Program-made: the position numbers and the translations under genes
From: an uncultured Eubacteriales bacterium
GTDB taxonomy: Bacteria; Bacillota; Clostridia; Oscillospirales; CAG-272
Assembly (NCBI GenBank): GCA_934432725.1
Contig: CAKRZE010000001.1
Span: 207,031 to 271,030, forward strand
Reading direction: 5' to 3'
Length of the DNA stretch: 64,000 bases
Shown: one piece after another, positions 28,435-38,984 of the stretch
How positions within the stretch are numbered: position 1 is the stretch's first letter
Layout of the letters: each line of letters begins with the position of its first letter
Notes under the pieces: model-generated
Told to the model about the DNA's origin: nothing
What the model saw: only the letters and a program-made list of their open reading frames with translations
Databases searched by the model: none

Positions 28435-29481
28435 TCAGGTGATTTTCTTGCCCACAACCGGGAGCTTGCGGATCAGCCATGTCAGAAGAAGGCTGATCAA
28501 ATATACAATAATCGTTAGCATCGGAACCATCACCAATGGTGACGCGCTAATAACGGTAATATTGGAAAGGTTCAGCATCTCAATGATCAGCGCGTGAACC
28601 AAATAAACTCCAAAGCCATGGATCGTTAAAAATTCCCATATTTTTTTTGCCAATGGGGAAAAGGAAAGCCGGGAGACCCTTTTAACAAAGAATGTGAATA
28701 TTGCCGCAGATTCAACTATTACATTTGGCATTAAGTATTTTGAGAACCACTCAGTATAAACGCCATTAAGCCGAGACTGCCACGTCGTAGCAAAACAGGA
28801 AAAAAACACACAAAGAATGCCGAGCACATACAGTATTCTCTCCAGCTTATCGGATACTTTATAGGTCACAAGATAGTAACCAAGCATATAATACCCAGTA
28901 AAACCCAATGTAAAGTGAAATGTCGCCTTATTAAATATCTCTGCTATTACAGCGCCAATATAGGGAAGGCTGATTCCATAGTTTGCAACAAACTCCATAA
29001 GGATAAAGAGAAGTAAAAAATACTGAAGCAGCACCTTGTTACTAGTGAATTGTTTCAAAAATGGAACTACCATATAGATCCCTACAAGCATAAATAAATA
29101 CCAAAACGGATATGGACCAACTAAGAATTGCGATATAATGCCTTTCCAGTTTAAGTTGTTGTGTCCGGTATAATAGTACCAAACTTGAAAAATCGCAGAC
29201 CAAATACAAAAACAGATCACAATATGCTTAATATATTTTTTATACATAAGCTTAATGGAAACATCTCTTTTAGGGTCCAGGAACAAGCATCCTGATATCA
29301 TAACAAATACAGGAACATCCCATGTTACTGCTGCCCTCAAACAGTTTAAAACGCTCCAATTGAAGCTATATATATCTATACTTTTAACGGGCCCTCCGCA
29401 TAAGTGCGTCATAATGACGGCAAGCGTAGAAATAAACCGCAATATGTCAAGCTCTGTCTCTCGTTTTTTCTGCTCCGTCAT
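28435..29481 (-). CDS. membrane O-acyltransferase (acyltransferase_3 family)
   Basis: 348 aa, ~10 TM helices. The N-terminal ELDILRFISTLAVIMTH motif is typical of acyltransferase 3 proteins. The gene is visibly more AT-rich than its neighbours. Confidence 0.75.
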   Translation of the reverse strand: MTEQKKRETELDILRFISTLAVIMTHLCGGPVKSIDIYSFNWSVLNCLRAAVTWDVPVFVMISGCLFLDPKRDVSIKLMYKKYIKHIVICFCIWSAIFQVWYYYTGHNNLNWKGIISQFLVGPYPFWYLFMLVGIYMVVPFLKQFTSNKVLLQYFLLLFILMEFVANYGISLPYIGAVIAEIFNKATFHFTLGFTGYYMLGYYLVTYKVSDKLERILYVLGILCVFFSCFATTWQSRLNGVYTEWFSKYLMPNVIVESAAIFTFFVKRVSRLSFSPLAKKIWEFLTIHGFGVYLVHALIIEMLNLSNITVISASPLVMVPMLTIIVYLISLLLTWLIRKLPVVGKKIT

Positions 29482-29574
29482 AGATCCTCCCTTTGATTTC
29501 CGTATTTTTTTACAATCGTGTTGGATATTGCTGTGCAGACGGGCTATCCGGCTCCGCAGCCGAGGTCGGATTTC

Positions 29575-30555
29575 TCAGACCGACTTCTCCACTTGCCGCC
29601 GGTACAGACCGCAGCTTTTCACAGCGATCGCCAGTCTGTGCCGCAGCTGCGTTTTCCGATTGCGAAGATAGATGCCAAGCGGGCTTCCCATCTCTATGGA
29701 AGCATATTTGCTTTGCTTATGCTCTGCGATAATCCTGCGGTTTTGGGGCAGCGGCGCATAATAGAGCTTTTGGCACAGCAGCATTTTATAAAGCATCCCG
29801 ACTTCCTTCCCGGAAACGCCGAGTGCCCCCAGACTCTCCTCAAACGGCAGCATATACTCCGCAAGATTCTGAATCCTTTGAAGCCGACGGTATGCCCGCT
29901 TTTCGTCCTCCCCCTGCCTATAGCGATAAATTACCTCCCGCAAGGAGTAAATCACCCCGCAAAACGGCATAAGCTCCAATACAAAGAGAAAATCCTCCAT
30001 GAGAATCATATCCCTCCGAAATCTCACGCCGGAGTCAAGGAGAATTTTTCGCCGGTACAGCTTATTCCAAACCGGTGTCAGCGCGTTGCAGTCATAAAAC
30101 TCCCGAAAGTTCTTTTTCACTTCCGAAAGCGTCAGCATTCCCTCATCGGGCGGCAGGAGTTTTTCCCTTTCATACAGCCTTCCTCGATGATAATAATCAA
30201 AACTCATTCCAAACAGCAGCATATCCGGTTTCTTTTCCGATGCAATTTCGGATGCGTGTTCCATTGTCCCGGCATCCACCGTGTCATCCGAATCCACAAA
30301 CCAGATGTACTCCCCCTGCGCTTCGTCAATTCCGCGGTTGCGCGCAGCGGAGACACCCGCATTTTTCTGATGGACGCATCGAAGCTTCGGATACTGAACG
30401 CACAGCGCATCGCACAGCTCCGCTGTGCCGTCCGCAGAGCCGTCATCGATGAGCAGAATTTCGTAGTCCGTCAGACCGCAGGCACGGATACTGCTTACCG
30501 TATTCTTTAGTGTTTTCACACAGTTATAGCACGGAATGATCACACTGAATCTCAT
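29575..30555 (-). CDS. glycosyltransferase family 2
   Basis: Trimmed to ATG 30555 (MRFSVIIPCYNC...YEILLIDDGSADGT, DSDD). Overlaps the upstream stop (ATGA). Confidence 0.85.
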   Translation of the reverse strand: MRFSVIIPCYNCVKTLKNTVSSIRACGLTDYEILLIDDGSADGTAELCDALCVQYPKLRCVHQKNAGVSAARNRGIDEAQGEYIWFVDSDDTVDAGTMEHASEIASEKKPDMLLFGMSFDYYHRGRLYEREKLLPPDEGMLTLSEVKKNFREFYDCNALTPVWNKLYRRKILLDSGVRFRRDMILMEDFLFVLELMPFCGVIYSLREVIYRYRQGEDEKRAYRRLQRIQNLAEYMLPFEESLGALGVSGKEVGMLYKMLLCQKLYYAPLPQNRRIIAEHKQSKYASIEMGSPLGIYLRNRKTQLRHRLAIAVKSCGLYRRQVEKSV

Positions 30556-31664
30556 TCGTCCCGGACCTCCCAGCAAAAGCGGTAATTCAGATAGTTATCG
30601 GCGGCATAGGATATTTTGACGCTGAGATTTGTTCTGTAATAATAAAAGCCGGATATCAGAACGGCACAGAGCATGGCAGCCGTTCGCTGCCGGGAGGTCA
30701 AGGTCAGGTGCCTGATATGCGCTCCCGGGAGGACCTCATCCGTCTCCGGATACAGCATCATAGGAAGATACAGGATAAAAAACTGGAAATAATAATCGGT
30801 CAGACGGGTAAATACGTTATCAAACCCGGAAAATATCTGCAAAACCGCGGCGATGATCATCAGATTCATCAACTTATTAAAGGATTTTCCCTCCATGCCC
30901 CGCAAAAGAACGCCGACTACGACAAGTGCCAGAATCATCACAAAGCGGAGTCCAAGTCTGCTTCCGGTCACAAAATCCGTCTCATCATAATAGAATCCGC
31001 TGATAAAGGATACGATCTGCCTCCGAAACAGGAATACAAAACCGGCGAAAACTGCATACAGAAGCAGCTTTCGCGTATTCAGACACGTTTTGGCTATCCA
31101 GCGGGCAGGCAGAAAAACCAGAGCCGGGGCATGGACGCATCCGGCAAGAAGCGTCAGAGCATAGAACCGTTTCGGCTTCTCCTCCATAATCCCGGTAAAG
31201 GCAAGCATCACAAGCGCCATTGCCAAAGCCTGCTTGATGGCGCTGAAGCCGAAAAGATAAAATCCGAAGCAGTTCCAGACAAGATAGCTCAGCCACGGAC
31301 GGGGAGAATAGCGGTAAATCAAAACCGCCACCGCAAGCTCTGTCACCACGGCAATAAAAATCAGAAAAATCTGGAAATTGCCGTCAGTCACCATAGAAAA
31401 CGCTTTCTGAAGCCACGAAAACAGAAAATTCCGCCCGCCGTGAAAAACCTCGCTGCTGAACCAGCCCTTATCCGCAATGGTGTAATAATCCCATGCATAT
31501 TTGCGCAAATCTCCGGTCAGATACATATAACGCCAGCCGCAGACAAAGGCATGGAGCGCAGCCATCAGAATCACATAGGTTTTTCGGCGCTTGTCCTTTT
31601 GCGGAAAAAGAAGCCCTCCCGCAAGAACCGCGGCAACCAAATAATAATAGACCTTAATGCCCAT
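30552..31664 (-). CDS. EpsG-family polytopic membrane protein (Wzy-like polymerase candidate)
   Basis: 370 aa, ~10 TM helices and no soluble domain. The sequence style matches EpsG/O-antigen polymerase-like proteins (WRYMYLTGDL..Y, AIKQALAMALV). Confidence 0.6.
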   Translation of the reverse strand: MGIKVYYYLVAAVLAGGLLFPQKDKRRKTYVILMAALHAFVCGWRYMYLTGDLRKYAWDYYTIADKGWFSSEVFHGGRNFLFSWLQKAFSMVTDGNFQIFLIFIAVVTELAVAVLIYRYSPRPWLSYLVWNCFGFYLFGFSAIKQALAMALVMLAFTGIMEEKPKRFYALTLLAGCVHAPALVFLPARWIAKTCLNTRKLLLYAVFAGFVFLFRRQIVSFISGFYYDETDFVTGSRLGLRFVMILALVVVGVLLRGMEGKSFNKLMNLMIIAAVLQIFSGFDNVFTRLTDYYFQFFILYLPMMLYPETDEVLPGAHIRHLTLTSRQRTAAMLCAVLISGFYYYRTNLSVKISYAADNYLNYRFCWEVRDE

Positions 31665-32805
31665 TTACGTTCTCCGTTTTTTTGAAATATTCCCGCTTCA
31701 GAAAATCTTCCGTCTCCCGCGCCAATCGGTCTCGGCTGAAATCCTTTCCGCGTCGGGCTGCCTTCGCGGCGTACCGCTCCGCAAGCCCCGGCTCGGTCAG
31801 CATCCGTTTCAGTCCCCGGTAAAACGCTTCGTCTCCGTTTTCGGTGATCAGACCGTATTCACCGTCGCCCAGAAGCTCCCGCATACCGGAAACATCGGTG
31901 GTAACGATGGGCTTTCCCAGAATCAAGCCCTCCGTGATAAAGGTGCTGAAGCCCTCATAAACCGATGAGCAGACAAGGACATCGGCAGCCCGCATCAGAC
32001 AGTACGGATTTTCCCGGAAGCCGAGCAGTTTTGCCGAAGTCTCCAGACGGTTTTCACGGATAAAGGTCTCCAGAGCCGTGCGCTCTTCCCCTTCCCCGAT
32101 GATCCAGAGATCATGGTCAATGCCGTCATTGAGAAGACGTCTGTGCGCAGAAAGCGCGCGCATCATTCTTTTTGGGGCGGTCAGTCTGCCCACAAGCACC
32201 AAGGTTAGCCTCTGTTTCCGCACATCCTGCGGAAGCGGTTCGGATGCCCTTCGCCTGATCTCGCCGTCATCTACAGTATTGTATACTACCGCCGTGCGGA
32301 CCGTGCCGCCGTAAAGCTCCGCAAAGCTTTCCCGGACGCTTTCGGACACGCATACCGCATAATCGAATTTTTCATAGTATTTTTTCGTTTCCGCCGCAAA
32401 GGCAACCGGATCCCCTATTCGGTTTTTCAGATCGCAATGCACCCATGAAAGCTTCAGCGCCTTTTGATTGGCGGAGCCAGCCATGATTTTGGTTGAACCG
32501 CATTCCAGATACGCGGCTTCAATATCATAATCATCCTTCATATGCAGCGGATATGTAAGCCCGAGGGCAGCCTCTGCCCGCATGCGCATCCGGTTCAGCA
32601 GGGATGCATTCTTATAGCAGTACCTGTACCGGATTCCGGGAGCAAGGTATTTTGACGCATCCTCCGGATAGAGCGTCTGCACGGTGATGGAAAACTCCGT
32701 CCGGTCCATCGCATTCACCAGATTGCGCAGGACCTTCTCCGCACCGCCGCCGGAAAGCGATTCGATAAAAAAGAGTATTTTAATCACAAGGCTTTCCCTT
32801 CTCAT
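31654..32805 (-). CDS. glycosyltransferase family 4
   Basis: 383 aa. IESLSGGGAEKV N-terminus and SSVYEGFSTFITEGLILGKPIVTTD (E-x7-E). The start could be GTG 32787. Confidence 0.8.
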   Translation of the reverse strand: MRRESLVIKILFFIESLSGGGAEKVLRNLVNAMDRTEFSITVQTLYPEDASKYLAPGIRYRYCYKNASLLNRMRMRAEAALGLTYPLHMKDDYDIEAAYLECGSTKIMAGSANQKALKLSWVHCDLKNRIGDPVAFAAETKKYYEKFDYAVCVSESVRESFAELYGGTVRTAVVYNTVDDGEIRRRASEPLPQDVRKQRLTLVLVGRLTAPKRMMRALSAHRRLLNDGIDHDLWIIGEGEERTALETFIRENRLETSAKLLGFRENPYCLMRAADVLVCSSVYEGFSTFITEGLILGKPIVTTDVSGMRELLGDGEYGLITENGDEAFYRGLKRMLTEPGLAERYAAKAARRGKDFSRDRLARETEDFLKREYFKKTENVNGH

Positions 32806-33904
32806 AAATCAAGTATATTTTTCGCATTGCAGCTCCGGTATCAAAGCCGGACGCCTGCATCACCCCGGCATATCTTTCAGAGTCCTTCCGCTCCGCACCG
32901 CAGATTGCATTCACCCAAGCCGTTTTGTCCTCAAGCGGCAGCGGCGAAAGCAGCTCTGTCAAAAATACATCCTTCGGCACTCTGTCCGAAATCACGCACG
33001 GCAGACCGTTTGCCTGCACCTCCAGCATTGAGAGCGGCATTCCCTCATACAGCGAGGGAAACGCAAATACGTCCATCGCACAGAGATAATCCGAAACGTT
33101 CCGCACATTTCCCGTCAGCCTGACACAGTCTTCAAGATGCAGCTCCCTGATTTTCCGCTCCAGCATGGCTCGATCCGCGCCCTCTCCCAAAAGAAGCAGA
33201 AAGGCATTTCCGCGTTTCTTAAGGATTTCCGGCATCAGATTAAGCAGAAACACCTGATTTTTGACGGCTGCCAGATGCCCGGCATGTCCGATCACAAATG
33301 CGTTCTGCAAGCCAAGCCCGGCACGGAATGCATCCCGCCTTTTCGGGTCAAAGGCAAACTTTCCGGTATCGATTCCGTTTAAAATCAGCTTACCCCTCCG
33401 CTGAAATGCCCACTTCCCGTAAAGCCGCTGTCCTGCCGCCACGCCGCACGCCACACAATCTGTCGCACAGGTGAGGATCAGAAGCCGCATGGCAGCCTCA
33501 TACAGCCGCACCTTCAGACCGCGCTTTTCCGACAGTGCGGAGTGCGCATGGGAGACTCGCACCGGCACGCCGCACAGCCTGCCCGCAAGCATCGCCCACC
33601 CGATGTTGAACATGGTGTGGGCATGGATCACATCGTAACGGCGGGTTTGAAGCAGCCTCCTCAGGCTTTTCATGTAAGAGCGGTAGCCGCAGGACGGCTG
33701 CGGAAGGTGAAATACGCGGCATCCGCGCGACTCCAGCTCCGGCTCATATGCCCCGACCTCATCGCCGAACACGACATAGTCTACCGTATATTTCTTTGGA
33801 TCGGCGCGGAACCCAATATCTGCCGCAACCTTCTCCGCGCCGCCGATCTGAAGAGAGCCCGCCACAACCAAAACACAGTCTGTTCTCATGGCAATCTCCT
33901 TCAT
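32780..33904 (-). CDS. glycosyltransferase family 4
   Basis: 374 aa. GSLQIGGAEKV and PSLYEGMPLSMLEVQANGLPCVISD. ATGA overlap with the upstream gene. Confidence 0.8.
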   Translation of the reverse strand: MKEIAMRTDCVLVVAGSLQIGGAEKVAADIGFRADPKKYTVDYVVFGDEVGAYEPELESRGCRVFHLPQPSCGYRSYMKSLRRLLQTRRYDVIHAHTMFNIGWAMLAGRLCGVPVRVSHAHSALSEKRGLKVRLYEAAMRLLILTCATDCVACGVAAGQRLYGKWAFQRRGKLILNGIDTGKFAFDPKRRDAFRAGLGLQNAFVIGHAGHLAAVKNQVFLLNLMPEILKKRGNAFLLLLGEGADRAMLERKIRELHLEDCVRLTGNVRNVSDYLCAMDVFAFPSLYEGMPLSMLEVQANGLPCVISDRVPKDVFLTELLSPLPLEDKTAWVNAICGAERKDSERYAGVMQASGFDTGAAMRKIYLIYEKGKPCD

Positions 33905-34890
33905 TTTCCTGCCTTTTTCCGAGCCAGCAGATCAATTGCGTATGACCACCCAAGCGTAACCGGAAGGGCGATGATCCGGCATTTCAGACCGGCAGGCTTC
34001 ACCTTTTCTTCACGGTATAGTTTACAGATGTTCCGAATTTCCCGCCGCCGCTCCTTTGCGGAATAGTCAAATTTCAAAAGCTCCTTACAGCAGGAATAGA
34101 CACTGCGGTAAGTCATATAGGACAATGCAGCTTCAAGCTGCTTTGCTGCCTCCGGAGAATGAGAAACGGAACGATACGCCCGATACATACGCCGATTGAC
34201 CTCCGCAAGCTGCTCCGTCAGATAGGGACGCGCCTTGCGGGAAAGCGAACCGCTGTCTCCTGTATCTATCAAATACAGAATATTCTCTACCGAAGCAATG
34301 CTGCGGATATGCATCGCATATTCAAACAGAAAATTCTGATCCTCTCCAATTTCCAAATCCTCACAGAAGCGCAGTTTATTCTCACGAATCAGCTCTGCCC
34401 GAAAGCATTTTGACACCATAGAGCTGAACAGATACCGCTGCATCGCCTCTGCGATCCTTCGTGCGATATTGGGTTCTTCCGCCTCATAATAAGTACCTGT
34501 GATCCATGCCCGCTTTTCTGCTCCGGCGCTTGCGGCACCGAACATCAGAAGATCGGACGGGTGCTGCGCAAGCTCCCGGTCGATCACGGTCAAATAGTCG
34601 TCCGACACATAATCATCGCTGTCCACAAACAGAATATACCTTCCTTCTGCCTGCTCCAACCCCAGATTCCGCGCAGAGGACACGCCGCCGTTCTCTTTTT
34701 GAAAATATCTGATCTGCGGGTAACGATCTGCGTAATCCCGGCACACGGCATCGCTTCCGTCTGTCGAGCCGTCATTGATCAAAAGTATCTCATAATCCGC
34801 AGCCGGCTGCTTTACCAGGCTGTCAAGGCAGCGCGGCAAAGTCAATTCGGAATTATAGACCGGTACAATTACAGAATACTGTTTCTCCAT
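33901..34890 (-). CDS. glycosyltransferase family 2
   Basis: 329 aa. YSVIVPVYNSELTLPRCLDSL...YEILLINDGSTDGS, VDSDD. Confidence 0.85.
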   Translation of the reverse strand: MEKQYSVIVPVYNSELTLPRCLDSLVKQPAADYEILLINDGSTDGSDAVCRDYADRYPQIRYFQKENGGVSSARNLGLEQAEGRYILFVDSDDYVSDDYLTVIDRELAQHPSDLLMFGAASAGAEKRAWITGTYYEAEEPNIARRIAEAMQRYLFSSMVSKCFRAELIRENKLRFCEDLEIGEDQNFLFEYAMHIRSIASVENILYLIDTGDSGSLSRKARPYLTEQLAEVNRRMYRAYRSVSHSPEAAKQLEAALSYMTYRSVYSCCKELLKFDYSAKERRREIRNICKLYREEKVKPAGLKCRIIALPVTLGWSYAIDLLARKKAGK

Positions 34891-35940
34891 CTATGCACGA
34901 CTCCTTAAATGGTTCATAACTTTCAGCAGTACTAACCACGGTAAATACAGTTTCTTTTTCACGCAAAAGAAAAACAATTTCCAATGGAGCGAAAATTCAC
35001 AAAGCGACAGGTTTTCCAATGGCTTTCCGTAATGTTCGGATTCCCGAATCCGCCGAAGCTCCGTCAGACAGCTTCTTTGACTTTTTTCGTGATCCTCCAC
35101 CAATCGTATGCCAAGCCCGATTATACTCAAAGAACAACGGTTTTGCAGCGCTTCACTGTACTCCCGCGGAAGTCCCTTTTGTTCAATAAATACCTGCATT
35201 CTTCGTTGGAGCTCGGCGTATCGTTCCGACAGATCGGCTTGATATTTATGCGTCAGAGATCTGCTGTTCTCCTTTTGATAGTGATACATCGGTTTTGCGA
35301 CATATGCAATTGTATTCGCTTTGTAGAATACAGGGATATTAAACAGCAGATCCTCTGACCCTATTGCCCATAGGTCCTCAAATCTCTCTCCTGTCAGCAA
35401 TTCCCTGCGATAAAGCTTGCCCCACACAGTAACGATGCTATCGACTTTTTGCGGGCGGGCAAGTTCCTTTCCCGTCGGACCGAACAAACGCCTCAAAATG
35501 TCTTTTGCCTGTTCCGCATGCCAGACTTCGTCTTTTCCGTCAAACAGCTCCACAGGATAGCTGCCCTTCGGATATTCCCGTGCATACGACCACATAACAA
35601 TATCTGCCGCGCTCATTTCCGCAAACCGGATCGCACTCTCACAGGTATCTTTGTCGATCCAATCATCGCTGTCCACAAACATCACATAGCTGCCGGTGGC
35701 AGCAGAGATACCCGCATTTCTTGCCGCCGAAAGTCCCTGATTATTCTGTGTTATGACTTTCACACGACCGTCCTCCGCCGCGTAGCTTTTCAGCATTTCC
35801 GGAGAATTGTCATCGCTTCCGTCGTTCACAAAAATAATTTCCAGCGCCTGATAGGTCTGACTCATAATCATGCCTGCGCATTTTGCCAAATACCTTTCTG
35901 TGTTGTATACAGGAACGATTATGCTAATTACATCCTCCAC
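34891..35940 (-). CDS. glycosyltransferase family 2
   Basis: 349 aa. ISIIVPVYNTERYLAKC...LEIIFVNDGSDDNS, VDSDD. Confidence 0.85.
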   Translation of the reverse strand: MEDVISIIVPVYNTERYLAKCAGMIMSQTYQALEIIFVNDGSDDNSPEMLKSYAAEDGRVKVITQNNQGLSAARNAGISAATGSYVMFVDSDDWIDKDTCESAIRFAEMSAADIVMWSYAREYPKGSYPVELFDGKDEVWHAEQAKDILRRLFGPTGKELARPQKVDSIVTVWGKLYRRELLTGERFEDLWAIGSEDLLFNIPVFYKANTIAYVAKPMYHYQKENSRSLTHKYQADLSERYAELQRRMQVFIEQKGLPREYSEALQNRCSLSIIGLGIRLVEDHEKSQRSCLTELRRIRESEHYGKPLENLSLCEFSLHWKLFFFCVKKKLYLPWLVLLKVMNHLRSRA

Positions 35941-35962
35941 AAGAGCGACACCACCTTTTACC

Positions 35963-37078
35963 TCATAGCTCCATCAATCGGCATACTACTTGTTCAACTT
36001 CTCGGATATCATACTTCTTTACGGCATGCAAGCCATTCCGGGTTACAGTCCGGCATAACTGTATGTTTTTATAATACCGCTCAATTCCTTCCGCAAAGCC
36101 GCTTACATCGTCAAAATCATAGGAAAAACCCGTTATACCGTTTTTTACATAATCCGGAATTCCGCCAACATTGGATGTGAGCAGTGGTAATCCGCTCGCC
36201 ATTGCCTCCAATGCAGCGATTCCCAACCCCTCCCGCATAGACGGATGCGCGTACAGATCCGCACAGTGAAGAATCTCGATAACGTCCCGTCGGTATCCAA
36301 AAAACAACACACGATCCTGTATCCCTAACTGCCTTGCCGCAGAACGCAGCTGTTCCAATAACTCGCCGCGCCCGCAAATGCCATAATAGATATTCTTTTC
36401 CTCTATTTTCCCCAGCGCTCGAATCAAAACCTCATGGTTCTTTCGATGTTGCAGTTCTCCCACAGACACCATAAAAAACGCATCATCAGGAACGCCAAGC
36501 TCTGCACGCTTTTTTGCTCTGTCCACCGAACAGGCAGAAAATTTTTCCGTATCCAGCCCAATCCCGTTGATCCTCTCCACCCGCTTCGCGTGAAACTTCT
36601 TTGCTCTCTCATAATCCTCATTGTTGATGGTAACGATCATATCGCACAGGCGGGAGCAGTATTTCTCCACCGGATAGTACAGCAGCCAGTTCCGGAGCGG
36701 CGCTCCCTTGTAAAAGTGAAAGCCGTGCACCATATAGATGATCTTTGTCCCGCGTTTTCGCGCCTCACGCGCCGCAAGACGGGTCATAACCCCCATCACA
36801 GGCTCATTCGTCCAAATCACATCCCACGAGCTGCCGTCAATCATTTTTTTCAGGTCGCCATAGCCCTTGCTGTTCTTTGCCGAAAAGGGGCTGCGTACCA
36901 ATCGGACAACATGAATCGGCGCAATGCCGTCCAGCGCCTTGTGCAGATCCTCCAGCCGCCCACCGACATCAGAGCAGGCAAGCTCCACGGAAAAGCCGTG
37001 CCGGGACAGATATTTCACATGCGGCACCAGAAACTGAATTGCCATAAGATCCGTGCAGGTCAAAAGCAAATGCTTCAT
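35963..37078 (-). CDS. glycosyltransferase family 4
   Basis: 371 aa. PSMREGLGIAALEAMASGLPLLTSNVGGIPD (E-x7-E). Its start shares one base with the upstream stop. Confidence 0.8.
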   Translation of the reverse strand: MKHLLLTCTDLMAIQFLVPHVKYLSRHGFSVELACSDVGGRLEDLHKALDGIAPIHVVRLVRSPFSAKNSKGYGDLKKMIDGSSWDVIWTNEPVMGVMTRLAAREARKRGTKIIYMVHGFHFYKGAPLRNWLLYYPVEKYCSRLCDMIVTINNEDYERAKKFHAKRVERINGIGLDTEKFSACSVDRAKKRAELGVPDDAFFMVSVGELQHRKNHEVLIRALGKIEEKNIYYGICGRGELLEQLRSAARQLGIQDRVLFFGYRRDVIEILHCADLYAHPSMREGLGIAALEAMASGLPLLTSNVGGIPDYVKNGITGFSYDFDDVSGFAEGIERYYKNIQLCRTVTRNGLHAVKKYDIREVEQVVCRLMEL

Positions 37079-38034
37079 CAGAGCGCCTCCAGAATTTGTT
37101 TCGCGATGCCGTCAGCGTCCAAACCGAACTGCGCACGCAGGTATTTCTGATTGCCGACAACGGCACAGTACGTATCGTGCAGTCCGATGCGCTTCAGCCG
37201 CGCATGGATCGGAAGCTCCGCCAGAACCTCCGCCACTGCGCTGCCGAAGCCGCCGGAGAGGTTGTGCTCCTCCACGGTGACAATCAGATCAAACACCTTT
37301 GCACAGCGTGCAATCGTCTCACGGTCGATGGGCTTGACGGTCGGGAAGGTCCAGACAGCGGGATGCAGATCATGTGCTGCAAGAATCGTTTCCGCACCCA
37401 AAACTTCTTCAAAAACAGCGCCGGTAGAGAATATGGCAATGCGCTCGCCGTCATGAACCGGAAGCGCCTTCCCGATCTCAAAGCAGTCAATGCGGTCATG
37501 GATCCGCTTCTCCCCGCCGCGTCCGAGCCGGAGATAGCAGGTGCCGGGATAACCTGCAATGGCTTTTGTCGCCGCTTCTGCCTCCACCGGATCTCCGGGG
37601 CAAAGCACTGCCACATCCGGCAGCGCCCGCATCACGGCAATGTCCTCGGTTGCCTGATGGCTCATGCCGAGCGAGCCATAGACAAAGCCGCCGCCCACAC
37701 AGACGATTTTTACATTGGCACGGTGATATGCACAGTCGTTGCGAATCTGCTCCAGACAGCGCAGAGTGGGAAAGTTTCCGATGGAATAGGTGAAAACCGT
37801 CTTCCCCTCCAGCGCCATGCCTGCCGCCAGTGAGGTCATGTTCTGCTCTGCGATTCCGGCGTTGACGAACTGATCCGGCAGCTGCTCCCAAAAGGGCTTC
37901 AGCACACCGAAGCCGAGATCGCCGGTCACAAGCTCGATATCAGGATTTTCTTTTGCAAGCGCAATCAGCGTGCGGACAAAGGTATCTCTCATTGAACGGT
38001 CTCCTTTTGCCGCGCTTTCAGCAGTCTGCTGCAC
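37078..38034 (-). CDS. transketolase-family protein, C-terminal (pyrimidine-binding) subunit
   Basis: 318 aa. GIAEQNMTSLAAGMALEGKTVFTYSIGNF and the ...SHQATEDIAVMRALP... pattern of split transketolase B subunits. Confidence 0.85.
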   Translation of the reverse strand: MQQTAESAAKGDRSMRDTFVRTLIALAKENPDIELVTGDLGFGVLKPFWEQLPDQFVNAGIAEQNMTSLAAGMALEGKTVFTYSIGNFPTLRCLEQIRNDCAYHRANVKIVCVGGGFVYGSLGMSHQATEDIAVMRALPDVAVLCPGDPVEAEAATKAIAGYPGTCYLRLGRGGEKRIHDRIDCFEIGKALPVHDGERIAIFSTGAVFEEVLGAETILAAHDLHPAVWTFPTVKPIDRETIARCAKVFDLIVTVEEHNLSGGFGSAVAEVLAELPIHARLKRIGLHDTYCAVVGNQKYLRAQFGLDADGIAKQILEAL

Positions 38035-38969
38035 GGCTTCTGAATAAGTTGTGCGAGTTTATGAACCAGATATGCGTAAATCAGGATCAAACCTGTCACG
38101 ACAATAAAGTTAAGCGGGAACGCCAATGTACAGAACCGCGCGATGATCGGATACTGCCCGAGGTAAATTTCAAGTGAAATTGCGGCAACGAACTTCATCG
38201 GCTTATCCACAATCCCCGAACGGTTCTCAAAAAAGCCCCGCTTTTCCAGTTTCACAAAGAGTAAGCTGATGCAGCATACACTCAAAACGGTCAGAATCGG
38301 AAAAGCAAGCTGAAGCACACTCAATTCCGTATAACGAACAATCAGCTTTTTACCGGCAAAATATCCGGCAAAGGACAATACAAGTCCTATTACTTCCAAA
38401 AGCGTTATTTTCTTGCTGATCGTCTCATATCGCTCTCGGATGTATGCGCCGAGCAGCATTGACTCGAAAAACATAAAATAGCACCATTTCTCATCAATGC
38501 TGTCTATATGATAAAAGCTCTTGTCAAAAACAGTCAGATAAAGCACAAAAAGCAAAGCAAAAACTGCCACAATGATCCATCTGATATCTAAACGAAGCCG
38601 CCTCAGCAACCAAACAACAATGTAATATGCCACGTAAAGCAGCATAATCGCTCCGATAAAATGGTACCACGTTGGATAAAAGAGGCAGTGCACATATGCC
38701 ATAATACCATCCGCACGCCAGAAGCCTGTGAGCAGATTTACCGCAGCGACGATCCACAGGGCCGGATAGATGCGAATGATGCGCTTGGCATACCATCCAG
38801 GAAATGACTCCCGAATGTTGTACAGGCAAAAGCCCGATACGAAGAAATAGATGCAGTTTCCGAAGTGTCCTCCGAATGCCATAGCAGAAACGGGCCAGAT
38901 GTCCGCATAGTGCGAATTGGTAATCATCACAGCCGCGATCGCGCGCAGCCAGTAAACAAACTGGAACAC
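37989..38969 (-). CDS. membrane O-acyltransferase (acyltransferase_3 family)
   Basis: 326 aa polytopic membrane ORF (LRAIAAVMITNSH...). It is inserted between the two transketolase subunit genes and overlaps the downstream one by 46 nt. Confidence 0.7.
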   Translation of the reverse strand: MFQFVYWLRAIAAVMITNSHYADIWPVSAMAFGGHFGNCIYFFVSGFCLYNIRESFPGWYAKRIIRIYPALWIVAAVNLLTGFWRADGIMAYVHCLFYPTWYHFIGAIMLLYVAYYIVVWLLRRLRLDIRWIIVAVFALLFVLYLTVFDKSFYHIDSIDEKWCYFMFFESMLLGAYIRERYETISKKITLLEVIGLVLSFAGYFAGKKLIVRYTELSVLQLAFPILTVLSVCCISLLFVKLEKRGFFENRSGIVDKPMKFVAAISLEIYLGQYPIIARFCTLAFPLNFIVVTGLILIYAYLVHKLAQLIQKPCSRLLKARQKETVQ

Positions 38970-38984
38970 AACTTATCTCCTTAC

